From: a virus
Taxonomy: Duplodnaviria; Caudoviricetes
Length of the DNA stretch: 24,718 bases
Virus record (IMG/VR): IMGVR_UViG_3300030372_001399
Span: 1-24,718 of that record
Direction: 5' to 3' (one strand)
Part shown: piece after piece, positions 1-9,262 of the stretch
How the letters are laid out: each line of letters begins with the position of its first letter
Numbering within the stretch: position 1 is the stretch's first letter
Notes under the pieces: generated by a model
The model's database searches: none
What the model saw: only the letters and a program-made list of their open reading frames with translations
Told to the model about the DNA's origin: nothing
Position numbers and translations under genes: made by a program

Positions 1-180
1 TGTTGAGCATGGAACTTTTAATATATCTGTAGCTGTTAGATTCTTTTGTACTTCTATTTGTTCTTTAGCTACTTCTTCTCTAACAATCACAGGAGGGGGT
101 GGTGGTTTAAGCCAATGGAATACAGCACTGCCACCTACACCAGAACCGGCTCCTATTAATAGCCATCCCCACCACTCCAT
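1..180 (-). CDS. Membrane-anchored protein, possible i-spanin (Rz-like); 3' truncated by window edge
   Basis: Not in the ORF track. ATG at 180 preceded by GAGGTTTAAA. Translates as MEWWGWLLIGAGSGVGGSAVFHWLKPPPPPVIVREEVAKEQIEVQKNLTATDILKVPCST, open to the edge: hydrophobic N-terminus, poly-Pro linker, helical segment, Cys. The spanin call is inference. Confidence 0.6.
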   Translation of the reverse strand, partial: MEWWGWLLIGAGSGVGGSAVFHWLKPPPPPVIVREEVAKEQIEVQKNLTATDILKVPCST

Positions 181-188
181 TTTAAACC

Positions 189-575
189 TCATGCTTTACT
201 TGCTTCTCGTTTAACAAGTTCTTTTAATTGAAACTCTTTCATTTGATCCTTTAACGTATCAACACTTTGGCCCATCATCTCTATCTCTTTCTTAAAACCA
301 TTTTGATTACTGATTAAGAAATCAATCTTATCAACTATAGAGTTGCGCATAGTCTCTGACTTTAATCTAAGCTCATCAATTACTTTATCGTATCGAACAC
401 GTAATTTATCTTCACGCTTTAATGCTTTTTCTTCTTGCATGTCTTGCGTATGACGCGCATCAGATAAAATCTTATCTAACTTTGCATCAAGCTTATTGTT
501 TTTTGTAATCAAATATACAGAGAATAAACCCAATGGCCCTGCGTTCATTAACAAATCATATACTGTCGCATCCAT
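189..575 (-). CDS. N-terminally anchored coiled-coil protein, holin-like candidate (128 aa)
   Basis: Start moved from GTG 629 to ATG 575 (MDATVY): SD-like GGGGTG lies upstream and the 18 extra codons span a hairpin. Hydrophobic segment LLMNAGPLGLFSVYLI followed by a charged coiled coil resembles BhlA/UviB-type architecture. Confidence 0.55.
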   Translation of the reverse strand: MDATVYDLLMNAGPLGLFSVYLITKNNKLDAKLDKILSDARHTQDMQEEKALKREDKLRVRYDKVIDELRLKSETMRNSIVDKIDFLISNQNGFKKEIEMMGQSVDTLKDQMKEFQLKELVKREASKA

Positions 576-585
576 TCTACACCCC

Positions 586-620
586 AATGAATGGCGAGGA
601 GAGTTAACCCCTCCCCGCCA
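586..620 (-). terminator. Strong stem-loop after the fibre gene; probable weak terminator or mRNA-stabilising hairpin
   Basis: Minus strand UGGCGGGGAGGG-GUUAA-CUCUCCUCGCCA (620-592): 12 bp stem with two G-U pairs, followed by a poor U tract (UUCAUU). Confidence 0.6.
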
Positions 621-630
621 ATATACCACA

Positions 631-2148
631 TTAAGCGATGTATGAAACTACAATAGAATCACCAGCAGTTAACCCAGCACCGAAAGTAATACGAGCATTG
701 CCACTACCACCACCAGTAAGTGAGACAGTAAACTCATCTGAGTCAGCAGCAGAAGCACCAAGAGCTGTCATGTTACGCAAGGCCAAACCATTCTTGGTAA
801 TCTGAACGCCAGAATCCCAGTTAGCAATCAATGGACGAGCAAGATCCAAAGTTGTTTGGTTAGCATTAGCCTGGGCGCCTTCCATGTATGGACGATAACC
901 AACCTTAGCAAGCGTGACACCACTGTTCTTTAAGCGCAACTGATCACCTGATACTTCGATAGTTGAGTCATCAACATTAGCATTAAGAGTAACAGTACCA
1001 CCAAGGGTAACTGCACCACCGCCAGCCAAACCAGAACCAGCAGTAACAGTCAAGTTGTTAGCTGTAATGGTTCCACCTGACGCACCAAAGTGTGTGCTGT
1101 TAAATTGAGCAATACCTTTCTGTGAAGTCGATGCGTCTTGTGCGCTATAGGTAATGGTTCCAGAAGACTCAGCTACTTGAATAGCACCGCTTCCAGCATA
1201 AGTAATAGTACCACCGAGAGCAACACCAGTAGAAGAACCACCAGCAGAAACAGTAATGCTACTGTTGCTAAGCTTACCGTTGCTAATGCTACCTGCAAGC
1301 ATGGCGTCAGTTACTCCAAGTGCTTTTATTCTCAAACCAGAAGAGTTTTCAATGCTTGTACCATTTAACTGTACAGCAGAACCAGCTACTTTATTAGCCG
1401 TTGCAATTTGCAAAAGCTTAGAGTCAGCAATGCTACCAGCCAAATCAGCATTAGCAATAGCACCAGTCAAGTTTAACTTGCTATAGGCAATCGCTGCACT
1501 GTTTGAAATCTGGGCATTAGCCAAGCTTGCATCTGCAACTTTAATACCTGATGCAGAGATATTAATAGTAGAACCATTAGCAATAGCTGACAAGGTGTTA
1601 CCACTTTTGGTTAAACCACTACCAGCAACAACAGTACCAGTACCAGCAAACTGTGCAAAAGCAATAGCAGTAGAGCCAAGCGTTACAGCATCGTTAGTAC
1701 ATACCCAACCTGTATCTGCATTGCTTGTACCTTCTCGTACAAATACAGCAGCACCAGGAAACTCAGCACCAGCATCCATATCAGAAGAACGAGTCATGGC
1801 AGAAGCTGCGCCATTCCATACATAGATACCATTTTGTGATGCAGTACTTTGGTCAGCCAATAGAACACGATCACCACTTGAAAGTGAGACACCATTAATA
1901 GCAGCACCAGGACTTGCTATGTTAACGTTTGCAGTAGACCGAACGCGGCAACTATCTTTCCAATGCAAACCCGCGGCTATTCCGTCAAGGTCTTTCTTAG
2001 TTACAAGATCATCACTATTAGTAGCAGATCCAGCCCAACGTAATGATTGGGTATTTGCAAAGTGCCAGTTCTGAGAACCAGTAAAATTAATATTGGTTGA
2101 GGTAATAGCAGCAGATTTAATCTGCGCTCCTGAGATTTGTACAGCCAT
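631..2148 (-). CDS. Virion fibre protein (head or tail fibre), 505 aa
   Basis: Gly/Ser/Ala/Thr-rich. Contains the common phage fibre domain WKDSCRV...GDRVLLADQSTASQNGIY...VFVREG, AGSGL and LAGSIxxxKL repeats, a tail-fibre repeat-like DASTSQKGIAQF, and a C-terminal NGL...GDSIVVSY module. Strong SD GGAG. Confidence 0.8.
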   Translation of the reverse strand: MAVQISGAQIKSAAITSTNINFTGSQNWHFANTQSLRWAGSATNSDDLVTKKDLDGIAAGLHWKDSCRVRSTANVNIASPGAAINGVSLSSGDRVLLADQSTASQNGIYVWNGAASAMTRSSDMDAGAEFPGAAVFVREGTSNADTGWVCTNDAVTLGSTAIAFAQFAGTGTVVAGSGLTKSGNTLSAIANGSTINISASGIKVADASLANAQISNSAAIAYSKLNLTGAIANADLAGSIADSKLLQIATANKVAGSAVQLNGTSIENSSGLRIKALGVTDAMLAGSISNGKLSNSSITVSAGGSSTGVALGGTITYAGSGAIQVAESSGTITYSAQDASTSQKGIAQFNSTHFGASGGTITANNLTVTAGSGLAGGGAVTLGGTVTLNANVDDSTIEVSGDQLRLKNSGVTLAKVGYRPYMEGAQANANQTTLDLARPLIANWDSGVQITKNGLALRNMTALGASAADSDEFTVSLTGGGSGNARITFGAGLTAGDSIVVSYIA

Positions 2149-2162
2149 GTTTAACTCCAGTG

Positions 2163-2423
2163 TTAGCCGCGTTTATAATCCACCACCAAACTGTCATTGT
2201 CTGCTGGCGTCACACTTAATGTGAATGTTTTAACCGTAGACTCCGATATAGATACGGCTCTCATTCGCAATCCATTCCAGAATATTCTAAGAGAACCTGA
2301 CCTGTACACCTCGGGCATCGTAAAGGTTTGAGTAGTGCCGTCACACTGTGGAGTTAAATCGACTGTAAAAGTCTCATTAGATAGAGTCCCGCCTGAAGGA
2401 CCATAGACATCGTTGATTGCCAT
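2163..2423 (-). CDS. Small beta-sandwich virion protein (86 aa)
   Basis: Pattern DGTTQTFT...IFWNGLRMR...FTLSVTP..NDSLVVDY is typical of small Ig-like phage structural modules. The ORF fits operon packing. Confidence 0.65.
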   Translation of the reverse strand: MAINDVYGPSGGTLSNETFTVDLTPQCDGTTQTFTMPEVYRSGSLRIFWNGLRMRAVSISESTVKTFTLSVTPADNDSLVVDYKRG

Positions 2424-2430
2424 AATTCAT

Positions 2431-2835
2431 CTACTGCTCGTAGGTAATAGTCACACTATCAACAATAGCAGTACCGGTATTTGTTTTGCAAAATACATAT
2501 ACGACAGCAGGTACTAATGCAACATCTACATCTGCCCTATAGTCTGCTGTTCCGCTTGTAGACGTTGATACACCAGCGGCAATGCTGCTAATCGTATCAG
2601 TGATAATACAACTATCACCAGTAATATCGCGAGTAATACGCATTGTTAAAGATGTGGGCAGTCCAGAACCAGAAGAAGCTAAAGATTTTAATTGCACTGT
2701 AATTCCTGATATGCGTGCAAGTATGTTTCCACCTGGATTCAAATCAAGCGTTGAGTATTTAGCTGCATCATATCCATCTAATATATTGACGTCTGTTTCA
2801 TCTGATGCGTTTCTATATGATCTATGTATAAGCAT
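2431..2835 (-). CDS. Hypothetical protein, probably a beta-rich virion component (134 aa)
   Basis: ATG 1 nt after the stop of the giant gene. Thr/Ser/Val/Ile-rich strand-like pattern. No motif recognised. Confidence 0.65.
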   Translation of the reverse strand: MLIHRSYRNASDETDVNILDGYDAAKYSTLDLNPGGNILARISGITVQLKSLASSGSGLPTSLTMRITRDITGDSCIITDTISSIAAGVSTSTSGTADYRADVDVALVPAVVYVFCKTNTGTAIVDSVTITYEQ

Positions 2836-2836
2836 T

Positions 2837-5800
2837 TTATTTTTCCCTGCTTTCTTGTTGTATTCTTTTTAATAGTTCTCTATTCCAAGATTCTTTTTTT
2901 CTATTAAATCTATTTTTAATTGCATCTCTTTCTTTTGGCGTAGCCAGTCCTAATGTATACAAAATTGGATTGACGGCTTGATATTTACCATATTTTGTAC
3001 CAATTGTTAATGGTGGATAATCATCTCGCTGATCACCTTTAATCATTTGCAATGTAGATAACTCTCTTATTGGCCTTGATACACCAGCAAGCAACGCTGC
3101 TAAATATAAAAATTCTACTTTAGATTGTGCGCTTTTACTTGTATATCCATATTGAATCATTCCAGGCAATTCACCTCTTGGAATTGATTCATCTGTTACA
3201 TCATAGGTTGGACTTAATATATTGCGACGTTTAACGGGCAATGGTTTTATTAATCCAGCTTCTAATAAAGCATCTATACCCGTACCATTAAATCCAGGTA
3301 TAGGATTTCTAAATGCTTTAAGCCAAGCATCAGGTATTTTACTGCCTGGCTTATCTGATTCAATAGTGTTTTTAACAATGCCTAATAAATAATCTATGCC
3401 TGGTCTGTATTGCTCATCTAAAGCTACCTTAGTTAGTTCTTCTCCTAACTTGCCGATGTCACCTTCACCTACAGCTAATGCAGCAACTGAAGATAGAGCA
3501 TTAACAACAGCGGATGCACCTTCTAAAGCAGGTATTTTAAAACCACCTGACAATATATCTTCACCTCTGACCTTTTTACCCGCTAAAGACAATGCAAACC
3601 GTTGCTTAAAATCATCGTCGGTATAATACCAGGCTTCAGCTTCTCTCATTCTGGCTTGATTAGCTCGGAGTATAGAGATTAAAGCATTCGGTTTATCGCT
3701 CTTAGCAGCTCTATATAATTGATTGGCTGTTTCTTTTAAGCTTTCAATTCTAAAGCTGACAAACATTGTATATCTTGCAAGAGCATTTTTTATACCTGGA
3801 TTTATTTGTCCATAATCTAACGCAGATCTTCTTGCTAATGTTGCTGCTTGCTGTGGGGTATATCCACCTTTTAAAGCAGTAATAAATGTTTGATCTCTTA
3901 CATATTGATCAACTGACATATTAAGTCTTTGATATATGTTTTCTTTTGCTGGGTGGGCATATCTATTTAAAAAGTTTGTTGCTTTATTTGCTTTAGTTCC
4001 ATCAGCATAAATGCCAATATCTGACATCATTCTTTGAGTTTTACGAGTACCAAGAACAACGCTTTCTCTGCTAAATCCGGTATTGTATTTGCTCATTAAA
4101 TGCTTTACTTCACCTGCTGTATACTTACGGCCAAGCTTATCAGTAAAAGCAACTGTATCCGCAGGTATATCATATAGCTTACCTACATTAGCAACCTTAC
4201 CAGTAAAGATTTTAAATGGATCTGTTAACGGTTTAGATACAATGTTTAATGAAGTCTTTAAACCAAGGTTACCGGTTGAGGCCATCATAATAAATGGCAA
4301 CGATGCTACATTCATTCCAATGTTGCGAGTATTAGGCGCCCATGCACCACCCAATAAACCATTAGACGTTAATCGCCTTGACCCATCAAAAACATCGTTT
4401 ATAAAGCTTTCAAAATATTCTCTTTTTAAATCATCAAAATATGTATCAAACTTTCCATATTGCAATTCATCTTCTAATTTATCAATGACTTCTTGAAACT
4501 CTCTACCATAGACCAAGGCAACGTTTTTATCTTTAAGTTTTAATAAATCTGGACGATATTGTGATAATGAAGTTGGTGCAACATTATCTATTATAGCCCC
4601 GCTTCCTCTTAAAAGATCTCGATAATTATCAAACATATTTCCAAACGCATTAGTTACCATATCTTCTTGTATTTTTGCGTTTGCACCTAAGAAATCTTTT
4701 TCGGCTTTAATTAATAAACGATCAATTGTCTCTGCATCAATCTCTTCACCCAATTCTAACAACTCATCTTTTAATACTTTTCTTAATGAGTCATTCTGTT
4801 TTGCAACTACACGCCTTAATCGTCTTCTTAATGTTGGATCTCCATAAAGCGGTTGACCTTTTGTTGGAAATACACCAGATTTAAATTCTTTAATAGCATC
4901 TAATTTATCTTGTGCGCTTATAGCATTAATGCTTTTAATATGCTGAAATGCCATTTTTTCAGCAATACCCTCTATAACTTCTTCTTCTAATCCAGTATTA
5001 TTTAATAGATCTATATATTTATTTTCAATCGGTGCAGTATACTTTTCTGATAGCTTTACAACCATTGGATCTTGAATGAGACGAAGAACTTTATCAGGAT
5101 TCTGATCAACATAGTTATTAATAATTTGTTTAGCTTTATTGGCTTGCCTTGTTTGCATAGCCCAGGCCATCAAGGGAAACGCATAAGCATTTTTACCTTT
5201 AATCTTTAGTTCTTTTCCTGTTCCTTTAAAAGCGTCGCTATCAAAATCTTTTAATCTATCTATAACTGTTCTAAATGTAGATATGTTTGGCGTAAATGTA
5301 TTAGAATTTGTACTTGCCCTTGTTGATGTTTCTTCTGAAAACTTTAATCTATCAGGATTAAACTGTATTTTAATTACTTGATCAATATATCTTGTCTCTT
5401 CTAATTGTTTTAATGCAATTGAATTTTCTTTATAATAGGTTGTAAGTAACTTTTCCCATATATCTCTTTTAGTTAAATATGGTTCATAGTTTAATACTAT
5501 ATCTTGCCAATCTTCATTAGACAGTTCACCAACTTTAACTTGACGCTCTGTTGCTTTGGCTTTTATTTGTTTGGCTACATTAATATCTCTTTTTTTATCT
5601 ATGCCTGTCAATACGGTATTGACATAAGCTTTCCAATTCCCATTAAAATTACGATCAACAAAGGTTTGTATGCGGTTTATTTCGTTTTCTTCTATGGCTT
5701 TCCATGTGTCATCAAATGCAGCATTAACGCCCTTAACTGGATCAGCATATCGCTTAGTGTTCTCTTGAACTTCTTTTATAAAGTCATCATATATCTTTGG

Positions 5801-8800
5801 CTTTATATTATTAATATCATCAATAGCAATTTTTAATGTAGAAGGCGTTGCTGATGTTGGTTTATACCTTTCTTTAAAATCAATTTTGTTAAAAACAGGT
5901 ATACGTTTACCTATTTTTGTTTCTTGCAAATTAATTAATTGTTTATTTAAAGCTTTCATTCCAGGTATAAGGCTTGCTACATCTTTAGCATCTTGCACCA
6001 AAGAACTTTTAGTATAGCCTGGAACTTGATTTGCGCTGCGCTTTTTAAACCCTAATGTAGATGAAAACAATCCACCCCTTAATGGGTCTGGTACGGATGC
6101 TCTTTGGAACTGTTCGCCATATTCATCTAATGGTATTCCTCTAAAATGCTTTTCGGCTAATTTGTCCGTTATGACCTTTTTAAATACATCAAGCTCATCT
6201 AAGGTTACCTTGCCTTCATCAATGGATTTTAAGGCGTTTAACCACCATTCTGAACCCCTTATAATGTTAGGGTCTACCTGCTCAATAATCGCAGCATTAA
6301 GCTTATCTTTATTAACTACCCTATAAAACAATTCATTATCAATCATTGTAGGCTTTGTGTTATTGCCTAAAATCTTTTGATACTCGTCAGCAAACCTGGA
6401 TAGATTTGCATCAGTAAGATTAGATTTTACTACGCCAGTAGTTGTTCCCATTAAAACCATATCGTTTAATGGTGTTTTATTTAATATGTCTCGATACAAC
6501 CTATTGCTTACAGCATTAGAAGTAGCCATTATGTTGGTTGTTAAATCCAGTGGTACAAAATCAAATGCGTTTACATCTATAATCTTAGCTAAGTTTTCCT
6601 GAGTTCTTTTATCTGCTGGTATCCTAGCAAAATCATTTGCAATCTTGGCCAATGTTTTTTCAGTAATTGATTTGTTTTCAATCTTAGCGGCTAATGCAAT
6701 CTTAAATGATTCATTAATGACATCTTTATTTAAAGAAGTAATCTCTTTTACAAATGCGTCGCTGCTTAAACTTTTCTTTATTCTATTTTTATTAGCAATA
6801 ATGTTTGCTGATGATCTCGATTTCTGTACGGCAATGTTTACTGAGTCAGATTTTTTAGCAGCCTTATTAATCTTAGATACTTTTTCAGATACAGCTTGTT
6901 TGATAGCGGCTATTTTTTCATCAACATCTTTAATACCATCAACATTCTTTAAAAGAGTATCTACATAAGCATTTTTGCCACGCATAGCTTCAAGTTCTTT
7001 TAAATTAAAGTCAGCTGATTTAAGATATTTCTCTAAAATTATTGGTGCAGATATGTTTTCAGCCAATACATCTGAAGCTGTTTTAGATAATTCATTTCTT
7101 CTAATTTCTTTATTAAACAAACCTCTAAGATCTTTTTTAAAGTCCCAATTAGAGTTCAACCTTTTTACTGCTTCTTTTCCTTGACCTTTAAATATGTCAT
7201 CGACTTCTTTAATAATAGCTCTTGACTTTAAAAATTCTAATGGCGTTGTGGAAGCCTTTATAGCTCTACCGGTGCTTGAGAGCGGGCTAAGGCGCGTTAC
7301 TTTACCTGTTGCATCCAATACACCACCACCTAACTGTATGGTCTTAATGGCTGCTTTAGCAGTGCTTGGTATCCCTGTTAATGGCAAAGGGAGTTCAGCA
7401 GCAATACCTAATCCAAATGCAGTTTCTTCTCCAACAAGATCGGCTAATGGTTTAATTGCTCTAAACGCTTCACCTAAACCTTGACCAGTAGCTAAATTAA
7501 TAATAGCTTGTCGCGTTATATCGCTTTTATCTTTTAATACAACTGATCCAGTTTTTTCATCTTTTTCATAAACACGATACCGTTTCATTTTGCTTTTATC
7601 AAACAACTGTAGAAGCGGTTCACCTGTTATTGCAGAATACGCAGACAAAAGCGGTATTGTTTTACCAGGACTCATTTCAGTTATAGCTGCACTTAAAACC
7701 GCTGGTGGTATTCCAAATCCTACTCGCAATGCCCTTGCAAATTCTGTTTCGTATCGACCGCCCTCTTCACTTGGTTTATCTAAAAGTATAGTTGGGGTGG
7801 TAAGAACCTTTATTGCTTTATCTACCTTGCTTTTAGGTAGAATATCCTTTTGTAAACGCTTGTTTATATCATCAATAATTCCATATGCTATTGGATTTTT
7901 TTCTTTTAATACAGATAAATCTCTTTGGCCTATGTCATTTATTGCATTTTTATAAGCCTCAATAACTTCTTCGTCGCCAAACTTTTTAATTGCATCTTCT
8001 AAGCGTTTTGTATGGCTATAAAATGCCATTGATCTTGGTTGACCAATTTCTTTTATATCTTTTTTATATTGATTTAATACTAACTGCGCTCTTTTAAGAT
8101 CTGCCTCATAATCAGTATCTAACCTTTGTTTTTTTAAAGATTCAGTTAACAACTCTAATGTTGTACCTGGCCTATATTCTTTTGTTTCGGGATCATATAT
8201 AGTACCGGTTTCAATATTTCTTATTGCAGATTGAAATGATGGTTTTGATTTATCTTTAAACTCTGATGTTGCATAAAACCTATAGGGGGCAACAAAATTA
8301 TAAGCAATCTCTCTTGCATCTTGTTGAACTTCATCTTCTGAATACCCTTTGGTTCCACGCTCACGTCTATATTTACTTCTTAATCTATTTACTTCACGAT
8401 CTTTAATGGCATCAAACAGCTTTTGTTTTGTATTTTGCAAATCAAATCGATTGGCATATCTTTGATCTTCTTGTTTTGTTTTTAAAAATGACAGCTTATA
8501 ATTTTTACTAGATGGCTCGTATGGGCTTAGCTTGTCTAATTCTATTCTAATAGCATCAGCTTCTTTTTCATCTATTTGTTCTGTTAACAACGCCTCGTAT
8601 ATAGAGTTTCTAAGAACATTACGTTCTGCTTCAGATAAACTTTGTGCTGAAGTTCGAAACTTTTTATACATCCCTGCTAAAGTTGTTGGCGTTATTTGTT
8701 CTTCTAATGTTGAAGGTAAACCAGCACTTTTTATTTTACTTTTTAAAAGTCTGCTTGGATCAATAAAGTCTAAAGGAGACTTACGACGTTTACTCTTTGT

Positions 8801-9262
8801 AATCAGATTAAAGTTTAATTTATCAAAATCTTCTTGAAGTAATTTTTGCGATTCTCTTATTTTTTTATTATATGCCTCTGTAAGCCTTCTAGCTCTATCA
8901 GATGCTTGTTCTTTTTCTATTTCTGCTGTTCTTTTTTCAACCTGTTTAATTATTTTGGGGTCGTCTATGCCTTCTAATGGAGGCATATCAATATCTTTAC
9001 CGGTTATTTCATCAAGACCATACCCAGAATCAATAAACATTTGCTGCAATGTTTTATCTTTTAAAGCCCTCTTTAATAACTCTTGAGTCTTTTTTGCTTT
9101 GTTAAAATCTTCTTGATCCATCTCAGGATCATCTAAAGAAACATCTGACCAGGCTTTTATTGAAGGATCAATAATAGTAAAAAAGTCTTCAAGCAAAAGA
9201 CCTTTATCTGCATCTTTAGCTTTTTTATATTTCTTAATTAGATCTTCTAGTTTTACCGCCAT
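2837..9262 (-). CDS. Large internal virion (DNA ejection) protein, 2141 aa
   Basis: Third and largest of three consecutive ORFs after the tail genes, the positional analogue of T7 gp16. Helical, Lys-rich, no Cys seen. Has Gly-rich hydrophobic patches and a C-terminal R..F...LKGG.TPQQAA..AR....DY pattern of the kind seen in large podovirus ejection proteins. Confidence 0.75.
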   Translation of the reverse strand: MAVKLEDLIKKYKKAKDADKGLLLEDFFTIIDPSIKAWSDVSLDDPEMDQEDFNKAKKTQELLKRALKDKTLQQMFIDSGYGLDEITGKDIDMPPLEGIDDPKIIKQVEKRTAEIEKEQASDRARRLTEAYNKKIRESQKLLQEDFDKLNFNLITKSKRRKSPLDFIDPSRLLKSKIKSAGLPSTLEEQITPTTLAGMYKKFRTSAQSLSEAERNVLRNSIYEALLTEQIDEKEADAIRIELDKLSPYEPSSKNYKLSFLKTKQEDQRYANRFDLQNTKQKLFDAIKDREVNRLRSKYRRERGTKGYSEDEVQQDAREIAYNFVAPYRFYATSEFKDKSKPSFQSAIRNIETGTIYDPETKEYRPGTTLELLTESLKKQRLDTDYEADLKRAQLVLNQYKKDIKEIGQPRSMAFYSHTKRLEDAIKKFGDEEVIEAYKNAINDIGQRDLSVLKEKNPIAYGIIDDINKRLQKDILPKSKVDKAIKVLTTPTILLDKPSEEGGRYETEFARALRVGFGIPPAVLSAAITEMSPGKTIPLLSAYSAITGEPLLQLFDKSKMKRYRVYEKDEKTGSVVLKDKSDITRQAIINLATGQGLGEAFRAIKPLADLVGEETAFGLGIAAELPLPLTGIPSTAKAAIKTIQLGGGVLDATGKVTRLSPLSSTGRAIKASTTPLEFLKSRAIIKEVDDIFKGQGKEAVKRLNSNWDFKKDLRGLFNKEIRRNELSKTASDVLAENISAPIILEKYLKSADFNLKELEAMRGKNAYVDTLLKNVDGIKDVDEKIAAIKQAVSEKVSKINKAAKKSDSVNIAVQKSRSSANIIANKNRIKKSLSSDAFVKEITSLNKDVINESFKIALAAKIENKSITEKTLAKIANDFARIPADKRTQENLAKIIDVNAFDFVPLDLTTNIMATSNAVSNRLYRDILNKTPLNDMVLMGTTTGVVKSNLTDANLSRFADEYQKILGNNTKPTMIDNELFYRVVNKDKLNAAIIEQVDPNIIRGSEWWLNALKSIDEGKVTLDELDVFKKVITDKLAEKHFRGIPLDEYGEQFQRASVPDPLRGGLFSSTLGFKKRSANQVPGYTKSSLVQDAKDVASLIPGMKALNKQLINLQETKIGKRIPVFNKIDFKERYKPTSATPSTLKIAIDDINNIKPKIYDDFIKEVQENTKRYADPVKGVNAAFDDTWKAIEENEINRIQTFVDRNFNGNWKAYVNTVLTGIDKKRDINVAKQIKAKATERQVKVGELSNEDWQDIVLNYEPYLTKRDIWEKLLTTYYKENSIALKQLEETRYIDQVIKIQFNPDRLKFSEETSTRASTNSNTFTPNISTFRTVIDRLKDFDSDAFKGTGKELKIKGKNAYAFPLMAWAMQTRQANKAKQIINNYVDQNPDKVLRLIQDPMVVKLSEKYTAPIENKYIDLLNNTGLEEEVIEGIAEKMAFQHIKSINAISAQDKLDAIKEFKSGVFPTKGQPLYGDPTLRRRLRRVVAKQNDSLRKVLKDELLELGEEIDAETIDRLLIKAEKDFLGANAKIQEDMVTNAFGNMFDNYRDLLRGSGAIIDNVAPTSLSQYRPDLLKLKDKNVALVYGREFQEVIDKLEDELQYGKFDTYFDDLKREYFESFINDVFDGSRRLTSNGLLGGAWAPNTRNIGMNVASLPFIMMASTGNLGLKTSLNIVSKPLTDPFKIFTGKVANVGKLYDIPADTVAFTDKLGRKYTAGEVKHLMSKYNTGFSRESVVLGTRKTQRMMSDIGIYADGTKANKATNFLNRYAHPAKENIYQRLNMSVDQYVRDQTFITALKGGYTPQQAATLARRSALDYGQINPGIKNALARYTMFVSFRIESLKETANQLYRAAKSDKPNALISILRANQARMREAEAWYYTDDDFKQRFALSLAGKKVRGEDILSGGFKIPALEGASAVVNALSSVAALAVGEGDIGKLGEELTKVALDEQYRPGIDYLLGIVKNTIESDKPGSKIPDAWLKAFRNPIPGFNGTGIDALLEAGLIKPLPVKRRNILSPTYDVTDESIPRGELPGMIQYGYTSKSAQSKVEFLYLAALLAGVSRPIRELSTLQMIKGDQRDDYPPLTIGTKYGKYQAVNPILYTLGLATPKERDAIKNRFNRKKESWNRELLKRIQQESREK

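Noticed and set aside
576-629. N-terminal extension MVYWRGGVNSPRHSLGCR of ORF 189-629
   Set aside because: It runs through the hairpin at 592-620. ATG 575 has an SD-like sequence and gives a sensible anchor-first protein.
631-2148. Diversity-generating retroelement target in the fibre genes
   Set aside because: No reverse transcriptase in the window and no pair of near-identical 100+ nt repeats differing at adenines noticed. The fibre repeats are visible mainly at protein level.
2837-9262. Tape measure protein
   Set aside because: No tail tube, sheath or chaperone genes and no periodic Trp/Phe repeats. The context is adaptor-nozzle-ejection proteins of a short-tailed phage.
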